Below, piece by piece: positions 12,514 to 24,700 of a stretch of 64,000 bases of DNA. The notes below the pieces were generated by a model. The model worked only from the letters and a program-made list of their open reading frames with translations. It was not told the DNA's origin and did no database searches. The stretch spans positions 434,001 through 498,000 of the forward strand of contig RSEE01000001.1 of NCBI GenBank assembly GCA_003971905.1. The letters run 5' to 3'. The position numbers and the translations under genes are program-made. The stretch is from Moniliella sp. 'wahieum'. Taxonomy: Eukaryota. Position 1 is the first letter of the stretch. Every line of letters begins with the position of its first letter.

Positions 12514-14010
12514 ATGCCGCGATCGGACCCTCCCATCTCCTCCGCCTTCCAGACGTGGTTCAACGAAACTGGGCCCGACGGCGGACCAGCCGCGCCTGTT
12601 GCACTTACTGAGAAGTACCAAGTCCAGTTCGGTGTTCTGGGACGAGGCAGCTTTGCCGTAGTCCGCCGGGTTGTCGTGCGTGCCACAGGCGAGGAACGCG
12701 CCATGAAGGTGATTGCAAAACGGCCTCTTAACGACAAGAATGAGGTATGTCTTTCCCGTCGTCCCCCCCTCTTATCTCCCCGCCTCCACTCTCTATCCCG
12801 CATTTGGCGCCTCCGCCTGACTCTTCTCTCTCTCTCGCAAGCGCATGCTCATGGATGAAATCCATATCCTCCAAAGCGTCTGCCACCCCAACATCATCCG
12901 CCTTTATGACATTTATGAGACAAGGGAAGCAGTATTTTTGGTAACGGACTACTGCCGCGGCGGAGAACTGTTTGACCGCCTTGTGGAGAGAGTCCACTAC
13001 GCTGAGCTTGACGCACGCCACATTACTCGTCAGATGTTTGAAGCGGTTGCCTATCTCCACCAACACGGCATCATCCATCGTGACATTAAACCTGAAAACA
13101 TTCTTCTTCGTACCCGCCAGGAGCCAAGCAACATTGCTATCAGCGACTTTGGTCTTTCCCGCTTCATCCCGGGTGACGGCCTATTGCTCACTGCATGTGG
13201 CAGCCCACAGTACGTCGCACCGGAGGTGCTTTCGGTGCAGGGTATGGGCCCGAGGTCGATATTTGGTCCGCTGGCGTGGTGACTTACTGCCTTCTGGTTG
13301 GCTACACCCCGTTTTATGCTCCCGACCAGCCGGGTCTGTTTCGCCAGATTGTCGCGATGCATTTTGAGTTTGAGCCCGAATACTGGTCGGGCATCAGCGT
13401 TACTGCCAAGGATTTCATACGCAGGTGTCTCTGCAAAGGCTCCAAGCGCATGACGGCTGTCGAGGCATTGGCCCATCCTTGGCTCTGCAACCTGCCACCC
13501 TTAACATCGAGTATAGACCAACACGGGTGTTCACTGCAAGACTGTAAGGAACGGCATGCCAAGGCACGCCAGGTACCCAAGGCTGGCGTGTCAGCTAGCG
13601 ACATTGTCGAATATGTGCGCAACTTGTGCACTCTCCGTGCCCAGCATCCAAACTTGGCTTCGTCGGCTGGGATCGAAAAACTCAAGGGCATGGCCGATCT
13701 GATTTGCCGTCACCAGCACGGCGATGTGCTGAATAAGTCCGAGCAACGGAAACTCGACGACTTCGTTACTGATGCCAAACGGCGCGTCGCCGATCATGAT
13801 GCAAGGGCGCCCGGTGAGCCAGGACGGGACTGGGAAGCAAGGTTTGCCAATGGGACGCAAGAAAAAGCTGGGGAAGGCCATGGGGGTACCCCCCCTGCGG
13901 CCCGTGTCTTCCCGGCCCCCGATGAACCAACAAGCTCAAGTGAAATTGGGAACAAGGACGCCTTCGCACCCTCCCCTTCAAACTCAGATGAGAAGTCGCC
14001 GCCTCTATAG
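12514..14010 (+). CDS. Ca2+/calmodulin-dependent protein kinase (CaMKI-like)
   Basis: LGRGSFAVV, AMKVIAK, HPNII, GGELFDR, HRDIKPENIL, DFGLS, TACGSPQYVAPE, DIWSAGV. Intron starting GTATGT at about 12745. Confidence 0.9.
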
Positions 14011-15054
14011 AGGCGCAGGACAAAAAGGGCCAGCACAAACGGCAACAAAACAGCTCGGACGCCTCATCCATCTCGGGCTTTCCCCCAACGACTTGACCAT
14101 GATGCTGGTTCTCTTTCCCCCACCCAAGTATCTCCCCTCCCGCTCCCCAACCGCCAAGAAGAAACCATAGTATCCCCCCCATCGCGTCAGAGTCGGAGTC
14201 GGGCTTGACAAGGAGCAGTACGCCCATTCCAGATACCAAAAACAGAGTGGCATCCTGCCGACGCCATTTCCGCATGGGCAACAACAACATCCAATTCTAC
14301 TAGCTCAATCATCCCTCTTTCAATCTACTTTGACTGGCCCATCCCGCCCCACGAACCTTCCATCTCGTGCTTTGTTTCTGCACAGCCCACTCGCACACTC
14401 TGCTGCACACCCCACCACATGCAAGCGGATGATCGTCTACACTGCTGAAGTCATTTTCTCATGGAAGTTCTTTTGGGAAGTAAATTACTATTGCAGACAT
14501 AATGGTCCGCATGATTTGTCCTTTTACATTATCGTATCTTAGGTGCCATACACGGGGGTACTAAGGCTAAGGAGCCCAGCTGGCCAATGATTAATGACAC
14601 CAGCAACGTATTCTGTATGTCCCAAAAAAGTGCAAGTGCCTTCTTCTGACGTCTCCCACAGGTGATAATTTATCGATCCCTCAATCGTTGCGCTATATCC
14701 TCATTCAGCAGCAGAGTGACTAGTGAGGCCTGAAGCTGAGGTCAGTACTCAGTGAGAAAGGTGTCCAAGTTGTTTTGAGATATCAGTCCAAAATCGATTA
14801 TGGTCGTCATCGCTGTGCGCATATGAGGGATCGTGCATGATGTCAACAGAAAAGGGGCAAACCGCTGCGAGAGAAGTGCAAGTATGATCCGTGACAGATG
14901 GAAGGCGAGTTTCTGGCTCGCATCCCCAACATCCTTAGCGAGTGACCTATAAGGAGCAAGAATTACGATGAAACAGAGCCAACCTTCACCTGTGTCGCCG
15001 GGGATAACCAACTTGGGTATACACTCCTCCCTGGCCATATAGGGAGTTTTACTG

Positions 15055-16796
15055 CTAGCTGCGAGTCGGCGAGGTCGCCGATGGTGTGGGGGCATGCTCC
15101 TCCACCGGTGCAAGCTCCGCTTGAGGGCCGGCGGCAGCAAGAGCGGCAGGTGCAACTTTGATGGGCGTGCGTCCCGAAACGGAAGTCGGGTTCGAGGTGT
15201 TTGTCGCCCGGAAAGGCCGGGCTTCTCCCTCCTCTTCGTCGTCAAATGTATTCTCATCCAATTGAGCGGACGAGTTGATGCCATTTTCGACGCTCGGTCG
15301 CGGACCGCTCTGGCTATTCCGGCTGCCGGAACGGCTCATGCGAAGGAAGCTAAAGCGGCTCTTACGCCGAGTAGAGGGGCCTTGTTGATTCGATGCACGA
15401 CGCTCCTTCTTGTCGCCTGTCACAAGACCAACGAGGCCGCCCAAGATACCCGGAGGAGACGAACTACTCTGAGCCGCCGGGAGTGAAGGGGATGGAACCT
15501 TGGCCTCCGGCAGGGATCCCGTGGAACGTGGAATCTCCAACGAAGTAGCGGTTGATGTCGGGGCTGTGCTACCGCCAATAGATGGTGTAGGCGCCCTGGA
15601 CGTGATAGAAGGACGAGAGGATGACGTGGCTGTGGGGGTTGCCGAAACGCGGCGGACAGCAGCTTGATTATGCGAAGGCAACGAGGGAACAGGTGGCACC
15701 TCATTGGCTTCTTCCTCATCCTCCTCAGCCACAGTGTTGTCTTCCTCATCTGAGCTCTCCAGCTCGTGGCGATCGATGCCGCGGCGCTGCACGTGAACAA
15801 GGTGAGTAGTGCGACGAGGCATAGGAGGACGCTTGAACTTGTCGCGCCCGTAATTTTCCCTCAGACCAGCAATCAAATTGGTCTCATTGTCATGCTCAGC
15901 GGTGAGCCAAGGGTGCTGAAGAGCTTGGTGGCCAGTCAAGCGTTTGGTCCAATCGATGGTGAGGCATGACAGGATAAAGTCGCGCGCCTCAGGGCTGACT
16001 TTGCTCCAGTATTTCTCGTCAAAGCCGGCAGCATGTTGCATAATCTCTTGACGCAGCTCTTGCGGCGTGGAACCCTTGAAAGGCGTGTATCCGGAAATCA
16101 TAACGTATGCCACGACCCCTACACTCCACATGTCAACCTCCTGTCCATACTCTTGGTCACTTAGCACCTCGGGTGCCACATATCCGTATGAGCCAGCCAG
16201 GGAAGACATGAGCTCGCCCTTGGATGACAAAGCCTGAGCCACGCCGAAATCAACCAGCACCACTTCGGAGTTCTCGTCTTTGGTGCGATACAGAATGTTT
16301 TCCGGTTTAATATCCCGATGGACAATATGACGATCGTGCAGGTAAGCCACGGCGCTGGTGAGGCATCGAATGGCCCGAGTTGCTTGGGCCTCCGTTAAGG
16401 TTCCACGACGAATCATACGATCAAACATGTCTCCACCGGTGGCCTCCTCCATCACCATGTAGAACTGAAGAAAACCAACGAACTAGTCAGCTGCTGCTCC
16501 TGGAGAGGGAGGAAGAGGAGAAAAGGAAATGCGTACCTTATCCTTACTCTCGAAGTCATCAAATAGCTTGATAATGTTAGGATGGTTGCACTGCTTCAGA
16601 CTTGAAGCTCTTGCTCGACAAGGTCGACGTTATCTTTGAGAAGGCGCTTGGCAATGACCTTGACGGCAACTTGGCGCCCCCTCCACTGCGCCTCGCGGAC
16701 AATGCCGAATGTGCCTTCGCCGATGATTTCGCCCATCTTGTATTCCTTACGCTTGCGGTAGGATTCGGGATGGCCAGCCAACTTGGTGAGGACCAT
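15055..16796 (-). CDS. Fungal Cmk1/Cmk2/CmkA-type Ca2+/calmodulin-dependent protein kinase
   Basis: N-terminal HPESYRKRKEYKMGEIIGEGTFGIVREA, then HRDIKPENILY, DFGVA, LAGSYGYVAPE, DMWSVGV, and a Ser/Pro-rich tail. Intron about 16465-16536. Confidence 0.9.
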
Positions 16797-17231
16797 TTTG
16801 CTGAATGTAACGGAGAACGGAGGAGATCGATGAGGGGAGAGTTTCTTTCTGGGGGGAAGGTAGAGCCCGATGGTGGTGGTCCGCAGCCAAGTGTTGATGA
16901 AGCCGATAGCGGAGGTTCAGTACTCGGTACAGATACAGGTGCAAGCGCAGCAACCGACACTGCCCTCCTCCCACCGACAACGGCGATTGGGTGGCTGTGC
17001 TGTCTGTTGGCAATAGTTTGTTGCTGCTAGGTACCTGGGAGTCACTTAGTCACTGGCCAGCTAGTCAGCGTCAGTGCCAGCGCGAATGTCAGTCACGCGT
17101 CGGGTCACCCCAATGAATCCAGGGCAGCAACCATGCATCATGCATTCGTCATGCTCATGCAGGCTGTCTTCTGTTGGCATCGCGTGTTCGGCGTATACAG
17201 CCCCGCGCGGAGGGTGATTAATGATTGTGGG

Positions 17232-17274
17232 GAGGTGCCGACGGGAGAGGTGCCGACGGGAGAGGTGCCGACGG
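17232..17274. repeat. 15-bp tandem repeat GAGGTGCCGACGGGA, about 3 copies
   Basis: Read directly from the sequence, upstream of the minus-strand CaMK gene. Confidence 0.9.
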
Positions 17275-18621
17275 CCAGGCTCAGCGGCTCACCGCTCGCG
17301 CAGCCGCGCTCAGCTGCTCGCTGAGGCTCATGCATCATGCCTGACTGGCCTGAGCCGCTGAGCAGAGCCTATGACCAAGTGCCTAGTCAATCAAAAACTG
17401 GCTAGGCCACCGGTCGGTCACTCAGGTCACCCCGGTCACTAGTCATAGTCACAGTCACTAGTCGCTGGCTGTCATTTGCAGTGAAACGAGTGCCCCAGTC
17501 AAAAGCTCCACACTTGAGACAACGAGGGGCCGCGGCTGCGGCGAGACAAATGTTCGAAGCGCTTCGAATTTCGCACTGGACTGCTTGCACCGATGCGTGA
17601 TGCATGGTGCCTCTCATGATTCATGACGCGTGACGTAGTCCTCAACTTTGGGTTGGCCAGTGGAGGACTCTGAGGTCTAACCCTAATACGGGGCCGTTCC
17701 GCAAAAAAAAAAAAAAAAAAACATATCCATGCAGCACATGCAACATGCAATGAACAACACATGCTGTCGAGGCATGGAGTCACTGTTGAAAGTCTCGGCC
17801 TCGGCGGGGTTTCACAATGACCGCCAGCGCGATGTTCAAACAAGCCACAGGGTTCGCCAGCACTGTACGAGCCTGTTCCTGCGGCTTGCAAGGGATCGAG
17901 CTTCTGGCCTGAGGCTCAGCGGCTCAGCCTGAGCGCTCAGGCTCAGGGCGCGCAGGCCCAGGTCTCGCATGTCACGTGTTCGCATGCCACATGCATCACC
18001 CCGTCAGGCGCGTCACAGGCCTCACCGGCCTCACTCGCGCCGCATACGTCATTCGCGGCATCAACATGATGCATTCCTGACATGCACCCGACCAGACCAC
18101 CGCCCTCTTTAGATAGTTCTAGATCTGACTTCTGATTGGTTACCGGTTACCGGTTATCTTGCAGGTTCTCTTGCGAAATGTCGCCGCCTTCGTTATTATA
18201 TACGATCAATGCCTTAGGCGCATTCAGATGGAGTCTTAATTGAAGCGTAAAATAATAAGCGGTGCTGCCTCACAGGTGAGAGAACCACAGCTTTTGCAGT
18301 GTAACCGACGTGAGTGGTAAATTTGTAAGCGTTAGAGGACAGCAAAGATGAAGGGAGAAGGTGTATGGATGCCTGTGGTGACCAAAAAGGGGTATAGACA
18401 ACGGTTGGTTGGGGGAAAATGAGGTTGGTCGATAGGAAACACGGAATGGTCTCGAGATGCGGACCACAGCTACCAAACCTGTTCCACGCAACAGGACTGC
18501 TGTGATTTAGTGAAGAGCTGATCAGGACTGCGGTATATAACCAGGATGTAGGACTTACAGCGAAGCAAAGGCTATTAAAACCAAGTCCCTACTGATAGAC
18601 GTGCTTTCAATATAAGGGCGC

Positions 18622-19448
18622 TGTCACGGGCGGGCCCCGCCAGGGGGCTCACCCAGGTTCTTGGGGTACAATCCCTTTGGAGACGAAAGGACGACTCACG
18701 GTAGTTTCGGGCTTGGGCTGGTTGGTGTATCCGAGCCGAGCTAGGGACGAGGAGAGGCCTTTGGTGGGGCGGCTGCACGTGTGGCAAGGCTACGTCTGCA
18801 CCGGCTTGGGCCGTAGTAACGTGTCTGAAGCCTCCGGGACTTAGGGACGGGAGGAGGCAGCGGCGGACAAACACTGCCTTAACTGGGACTGGGAATCGCC
18901 GCGACCGAAGGAGGGCTCGCGCGATTGGACTGACGAAGGGCTGGAGGACAAGGTCGGAGGAGATGTCGGACGCTAACAAGAGGAGCTGCCTGTACTGGAT
19001 CTCAATTGGCTGGAAAACGGGCAGGAGTCGGACAGGATAGGCGGGAAAGGGACGAAATGGAGGGTGGAGGAAAAGATCCCCCACCAACCGGGGGTACAGG
19101 CTTAATCAAAAAGGGAAAACAGACACAAAAGGGGGTGTAGAAAGAAAGACACGTCAAAAGAGGGGTTGATCGCCGCAGGCGCGATCGAGAAAGGAAAATA
19201 AGTGGTGACGGGCGACGGATGTCGCAAAGATACTGAATACTTGGTGGTCTCGTTTCGACCACCGACTTGGACTTGGGCGGGAGGCGACTGCTGTCGCGCG
19301 TACGCATGGCAACTCGGGCCACCGTACAGGGTGCAACCAACCATCGTCAAACTTGGTTGGGTTTGGGGGCGCGCTCCACTGGGCTGGTGCAGAGCAGGCG
19401 GGCCTTAGCTTGGATCAGACCATCTTGGGTCCGGCGCGGCCCGTAACA
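18622..19448. mobile_element. Probable isolated LTR (about 827 bp), Ty3/gypsy-like termini
   Basis: Begins TGTCACGGGC and ends GCCCGTAACA (9/10 inverted match, TG..CA). No recognisable coding content, and adjacent to retroelement debris. No TSD (GGCGC on the left, TTCTG on the right). Confidence 0.6.
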
Positions 19449-21079
19449 TTCTGAGGTTGACGGATAGTCTGTTCACGGACCCATCATCAGACGAGAAGTC
19501 CTGCCAAAAAGACTGAGAGCAAAATGAATCCCACTCATCGTATGGATGCGACCCTTCGCGACCTTAGGCGGCCGCAGGACGATATCCGCTTATAGCCAGG
19601 ATAAGTGGCCTGTTGCGCTGTTGACACTCTCGCTAGTAGTCTAAGGGGAGGACTGACGTGTGTGGAATGTGTACGACGTCACCTTCGTTGTCAGGATGAT
19701 TCTATCCCCCAAAAGGGTCGCGACAATGTAGAAAGTCCGAGGCCAGACAGGGGCCTGGGAACAAACGAGAGAGGAACATTCGCCGTCTTTAGTGCTCCCT
19801 TCCTTCATTGCATGTTTCTCTACACCTTATTTCTTATTGCTGCTCTCCTTTTGAGCCTTTTTCTTCTTAGTCCCCACTGATGGCAGAAGAGAGCTGCGAA
19901 ACGCGTGTGATGGCTCTACTCCTAAAAAAGGAAATGGCTCATTCCGGGATGTTCTTTTGCCTGGTCGGGGTGAGACTGTTCCCTGCCCCTCCTCGGAGCC
20001 TCCCGCCTTCACGTCCAGTCCCTAACATGGAAACCTCCTCTTTTTAGATGCTGCCAGGCTCTGCCTGAGTAGAAAAGTGTCGGGATTATTAGACTCAATT
20101 GATCACATCTCGTCTCACTAAGTTGTCTGGCCCCCTTGATTTGTTCTAGACCCTGTTTTCCCCCTTTTTTGGATTGTGCTCCCTCTTTCCCTCAGTGTGA
20201 TTTAGCTCGCATGTTCTCTTCTTCTCCGAGGCATATATACCTCGCTCTCTTTCCACTCGATGAATATGATCCTCATCCTTTTCCCCATCTCCATCTCCTC
20301 TTAAAAAACACTACTGTTCCCGACCCTCCTACGTCCAAGCCAGAGTGTTCCTTCGACTTTGGATCTGAAACGCATTCAAAGTCTCCGTGACGCGTGAAGA
20401 GTCTTGCCTTCGATGGTCAGGAAGGGCTTCCCCTGCGAAGCCAGCAACCCCGTCACAAGTTGGCTCCTCTGGGCCAAAAACCAGTTTTAGCCAGGCTGCC
20501 ATGCACCGTGTGACCAGCACAGAGACAGAGTGTGCGGCGCCCGACCTTAACAAACGCTCTTCCTACTTCAGGTGAAGGCACCTGCCAGGGCGTTGATTGG
20601 TCCCTAGACCATGTCAGCTCTGCCTCCGACCAACCTCCCGCGGAGCAGCAAGCATGGTGGTTGCAATGTAGCCGACCCTCTCCATCTCAGCTATCATACT
20701 GTTGCCTCATGTTCTCACAGAAAATTAACGGCAAGCACCATTGCTGAGTGCTAGTAGTATTATAACGGCTTGGGGCGCCACGACGACCCTCTTCATCCCC
20801 CATTCAGAGAGCAAATAGTTGATGGTGTATTGTGTTGTATATGAGCTACAGAGGCTAGAGATTATTCCTGCCTTCCACAGGAAGGAATATTGGAAGGAAT
20901 GCACCAAAATGACTCACCCGGGCCTGGGCTACCGGCGCCATTATACAGTGTGGCGTCACATCTTCCCACCCGTCCAACTGGACGGTACCGACGGTTTTTT
21001 TCCAGCTTTCGAGCTCACTCCACAGCAAAACCTAGGTACCGGAGTGGCCAGGGGTGGGAGATCAGGAATAGGTCCTAAG

Positions 21080-22490
21080 TTGCGGTCGCGCCGCGGCTCA
21101 AAGGACTTTGTATCCGAGGTTCTTGTGTGGGTGTGTGGGTGTCGGAGACGCTGTCCACACCCTTTAATGGACACAGGGACGGCAATACCCGCTCGGTTGC
21201 TCTCACGTTTATATAGTGGTAGGTGCAAGCAAAACATGGCGCGTTCCTTCAGCGAAGCCCCAACGGCTCGTGTTGATGCAGGCGACTGTTGCCACGGACA
21301 AGTCACATCGAAGTGCGAAAGGAGCATCTTCCGGGAAACAACCAGGCCCCCGACAGTTCACGCAGTGCCCCGTAGCTTGGGGGACACCCTTACTCGGCGA
21401 CACATTCTCCGAGTTGCCCGTGTGGTAGCCCACCACGCGCTGCTTGGCTGAGCGCAAGCCAACCAATAAGGCTCCAAAAACTTAGACCCAGAGGCTAGAA
21501 GTGACGTTGCTGTTCCATCGCTCGTTGTAACTGCTGTCAGTATACAATTACTGCGGTGTGGGCCAACGGTACGAGGGAGCCTGAGTACTAGACCAGCAGT
21601 GTTATCCAAGTAGCCCCATACCCCCCTCAAAGCCGTCCAATGTTTTTGGGGACCAGGGTCCGCAGCATTGGCTGAGGGGCCGCACAGCAGAAATAGTGTC
21701 CGGTCTGGTGCAGGACGCGATCCATACAGCCCAGTGTTCCCACTTCACTGACGAAGTCGATGCACCCCCTTTTCCAAACACTTTTGCTCGCCTCTGAGGC
21801 TTGGGGGCCGAGCTGAGTCCCCATAGGGAGAGGGCTGGCGATGCTGCGGCTCACCCTCACGTCCAAGCCATCTCATGCTCGCTTAATACAGTCATCCTGA
21901 GAGACATGGCACTCTCCAGTTTGGAAGATAAATCCCACGCCAAAGAAGTATGCGAATGGACCGCCGTCCAACATGACATCACATGTTGACGTTGGTCCCG
22001 TAAGAAGTTTTGTAGTAATATATCTCTGTAGGTGAAGCAGCGACGCAAGCGTCATCGACCATATCCAGAGAATGGCCACATCTTCTGCAGCTCGTACACG
22101 AATAAACACGCACGGGCCCGCCATAGTGTAGGCTCAGCCGATGGTTTGGAGCACCCTGGTAAGTGTCTCAAACAATTTGCATGAACTTTGCTTCAGGTCG
22201 TACATCAGGGCCTTCTTTAGCAGCCACGCCTTACCATTCTCCCCTCCGAAATCCTTTGGCGGTTCCATGTACCCGTATTCCATTGGTTGGAGGTCGGCAT
22301 AACGAAAAGCGGGCACCACATATTGCAAGTGAAAACGGGCCAGTCAAGACGTAGCACCAGAACGGTCAGCAGCAGTATTAGCGTAGTGAAGCAGTGTGTG
22401 CAGCAGGGGCAGGCAACGCAGCTGTATCATATTCAAGGCCAGGACGTTAAAGAAACCCATGCACAACCCACCGGGCGCGACGTCGAACTA
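21080..22490 (-). mobile_element. Degenerate Ty1/copia pol (reverse transcriptase and RNase H) relic
   Basis: Motifs appear in copia order across frames: RARWVVHGF..RPGLEYD, AFRYADLQ..YMEPP..WLLKKALMYDLKQS, GPCVFIR..WI-VDD, YFFGV..VSQ, TRPDTISAVRPLSQ, HWTALRGVWGYL, SAKQRVVG, GTRHV. Many stops and frameshifts. Confidence 0.85.
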
Positions 22491-23925
22491 GCGGATGGAG
22501 TAGATGAAAACGGTGGCCGCCAAGTTGCACCACATAGTAGCCCCGACAGGCATTAACGGGCGCGAGTGGGAGCGTTGTCTTCTCTTCGTGCAAGATGTGC
22601 TGGGGGAAATACGGTGGACGACGCAAATGCGCAACGCGATCAAAGTACCTCGCGCCAAGGGCCAGACCACGAGGGTGTTTCCGGATTGTGGCAATGCTGA
22701 CGGCCAACGAGACGCCGTTGAATCCGGCCGCTCACGGCCGAGGTCGGCTCCAAACACGCTCGGCGCAGCCGTTGACTGCGATCCAGGCACCGCTACGCAA
22801 ATACACTATGAGACCTTGGCCCCTACGCCGTGGTTGCCGATGTGGACAGGGACGTGGCTTGCGGCTGTCCCGAGCCGAGGGGTGGCTGCTATCCTACACG
22901 GATTGTGGTGTGCCGCGGCAAGAGGGAATGGATTGGAGGATGGTCGCTGCGGTGTGGAGGAGCGATGGCTGCGGAGCGGCGCCGCCTGCTGTATCCCGCG
23001 CAGGCGGCGCCGCACCGACAGGCCCCCAGGACGGACATCATGCATCATGTATGCGCGATCAGTGACAATCGATCATCAATTTGATCATTTAATCATGCAT
23101 CATGCATCATGGGCTGATGCGCTGATGTACGATAGATCGTGGGACGCTGAAGGGATGCGACACGGTGACGTCATTTCGGCCTTCTACGCGACCTGGGGCA
23201 GCCGGGGCCAGCCTGGGCCTCGGGGCGCGGCAGGCCAGCCCAGGTTGTGTGTTCGTGCTGGAGAAACCGGCTAGGGTATGGTTGAGCTCACTGAGTACAG
23301 CTTGAAGGTTGAAGTACTAAACGTACTGAACGCAGTACCTGAGGACCTAGCATGTTGATACGTTGATACCCAACCTTCACAGCCCCCCGCGACGAGCGAG
23401 AGGTCGGGCGAGCGGCTGGGAGTGCCTGGATTGCCGAGCAGCCCCCGCACATCCAGGCACGCCCCGCCGACTTGGGGCGCAGCCGACGCAGGCCGACGCC
23501 TGCCGACGCAATCCTGCTGGTTGTGCCGGCACGGCTGGAGTGGTCAGGCCCAGGCCTCAGCTCGGGCCTGAGGCCCTCAGGAGGCCTCAGGATGGCTCGA
23601 TACCGGGTGAGCTGGTGACGCGTGACGCTGCTGCATGCATGCTGGGGTTGCAGTGCCCGGCAGTGCGCGCAGTGCGCATCCGCTGCCATGCAGCAGCGGG
23701 GCGGTGCGATCAGATGGCCCCGCCGTATTTAGGCCTGGAGCAGCCGCCGTGCACATGTGCTCTGGCCGCTCCATCCCCTCGTGCTCCCTCCGTCCGCACC
23801 AGCACCAGCAGTCCCTCTCCCCCCGCCCCCGCCCAGTCTCCACCCTCGTCCCCGCGCCCTAGGACATCGCCACATCATGGGTTCCCGACACCTACAGCGC
23901 CGTCCCCCCTCGCCACCGGTGGCCA

Positions 23926-24700
23926 ATGCCACTGCCCTCCACCCTCCCTGCCACCCCCCGCTCGAGCCCCTTCCCCGCCTGGACGCCCCTGGTGGCCCGA
24001 GGAATTCAACCCGTTTACCCCCCGCCGCCCGGCACAGACGAGGCGCCTCCTTCGTATCGCGAGTCGGTCGCGGCCAAGAAGCCTGGTCGCCAACCTAGGT
24101 CTGGCAACGGTCCATCAGGACATACAGCCTCGAACTCGAGGGCGGAAACCCCCTCCAGTGCCCGTCAGCAACGCGATGGCGGCCTCCAAGTGGTCCAGCC
24201 GAACTGCTCGAGGAGCGAGAACTTCCGCCTGGCTGGGTTCGTCAATTTCACCCGACCATTCGCGCTGGTATTATGTCGATACGGGAAACAACAAGGGACG
24301 GGCCGCAGTATCTGGAACCACCCTTTCTTGACGAGGAGTATCTTGCCTCCCTCGATCGTTACGAGCGCACCTACTCGAGTGGGACAACATTATTCAGCTT
24401 ACGACAGAGGGAGATCATGTGTCGCGTGCCTTGGAGCCCGCACGGGTTGTCCACGCCCGCAGATGCTCGCAGCTGGATTTGGTGCCAAGCCCGCGCCTCC
24501 ACCCACCGATCCCCCCCCAGTGACGAGCCCCTTTGACATCACGCGCGTGTCCGGCTTTAAAAAAAGCTGAGCAACCGCTTCAAACGGTCCAAAAGCGTCA
24601 AGCCTCCCAAGCAAGACAAATCGAAGGACAAGGGCAAAAGAAACCAGCGAAGGACCTAAATGTTCAGGTTCAGGGCCGCATGCGGGCGCGTTTGTGTATG
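23926..24700 (+). CDS. WW-domain protein with a Pro-rich N-terminus (boundaries uncertain)
   Basis: Joining three frames over about 24214-24350 gives ERELPPGWVRQFH-PDHSRWYYVDTG..RSIWNHPFLDEEYLASL, which has the W, YY and WxHP signature of a WW domain. Confidence 0.65.

Noticed and set aside
17232..17274. Short direct repeats as a possible CRISPR-like array
   Set aside because: Head-to-tail 15-mers with no spacers in a eukaryotic context: an ordinary minisatellite.
17703..17721. Poly-A run as a retroposon tail
   Set aside because: No TSD or recognisable upstream LINE/SINE body; more likely a promoter poly(dA:dT) tract.
20725..20975. Possible integrase fragment (AGIISSLCSSYTTQ) and a PPT-like GGGTGGGAAGA followed by TGTGACG on the minus strand
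   Set aside because: Similarity is too weak, the order does not fit the adjacent copia relic, and no matching LTR end or TSD was found.
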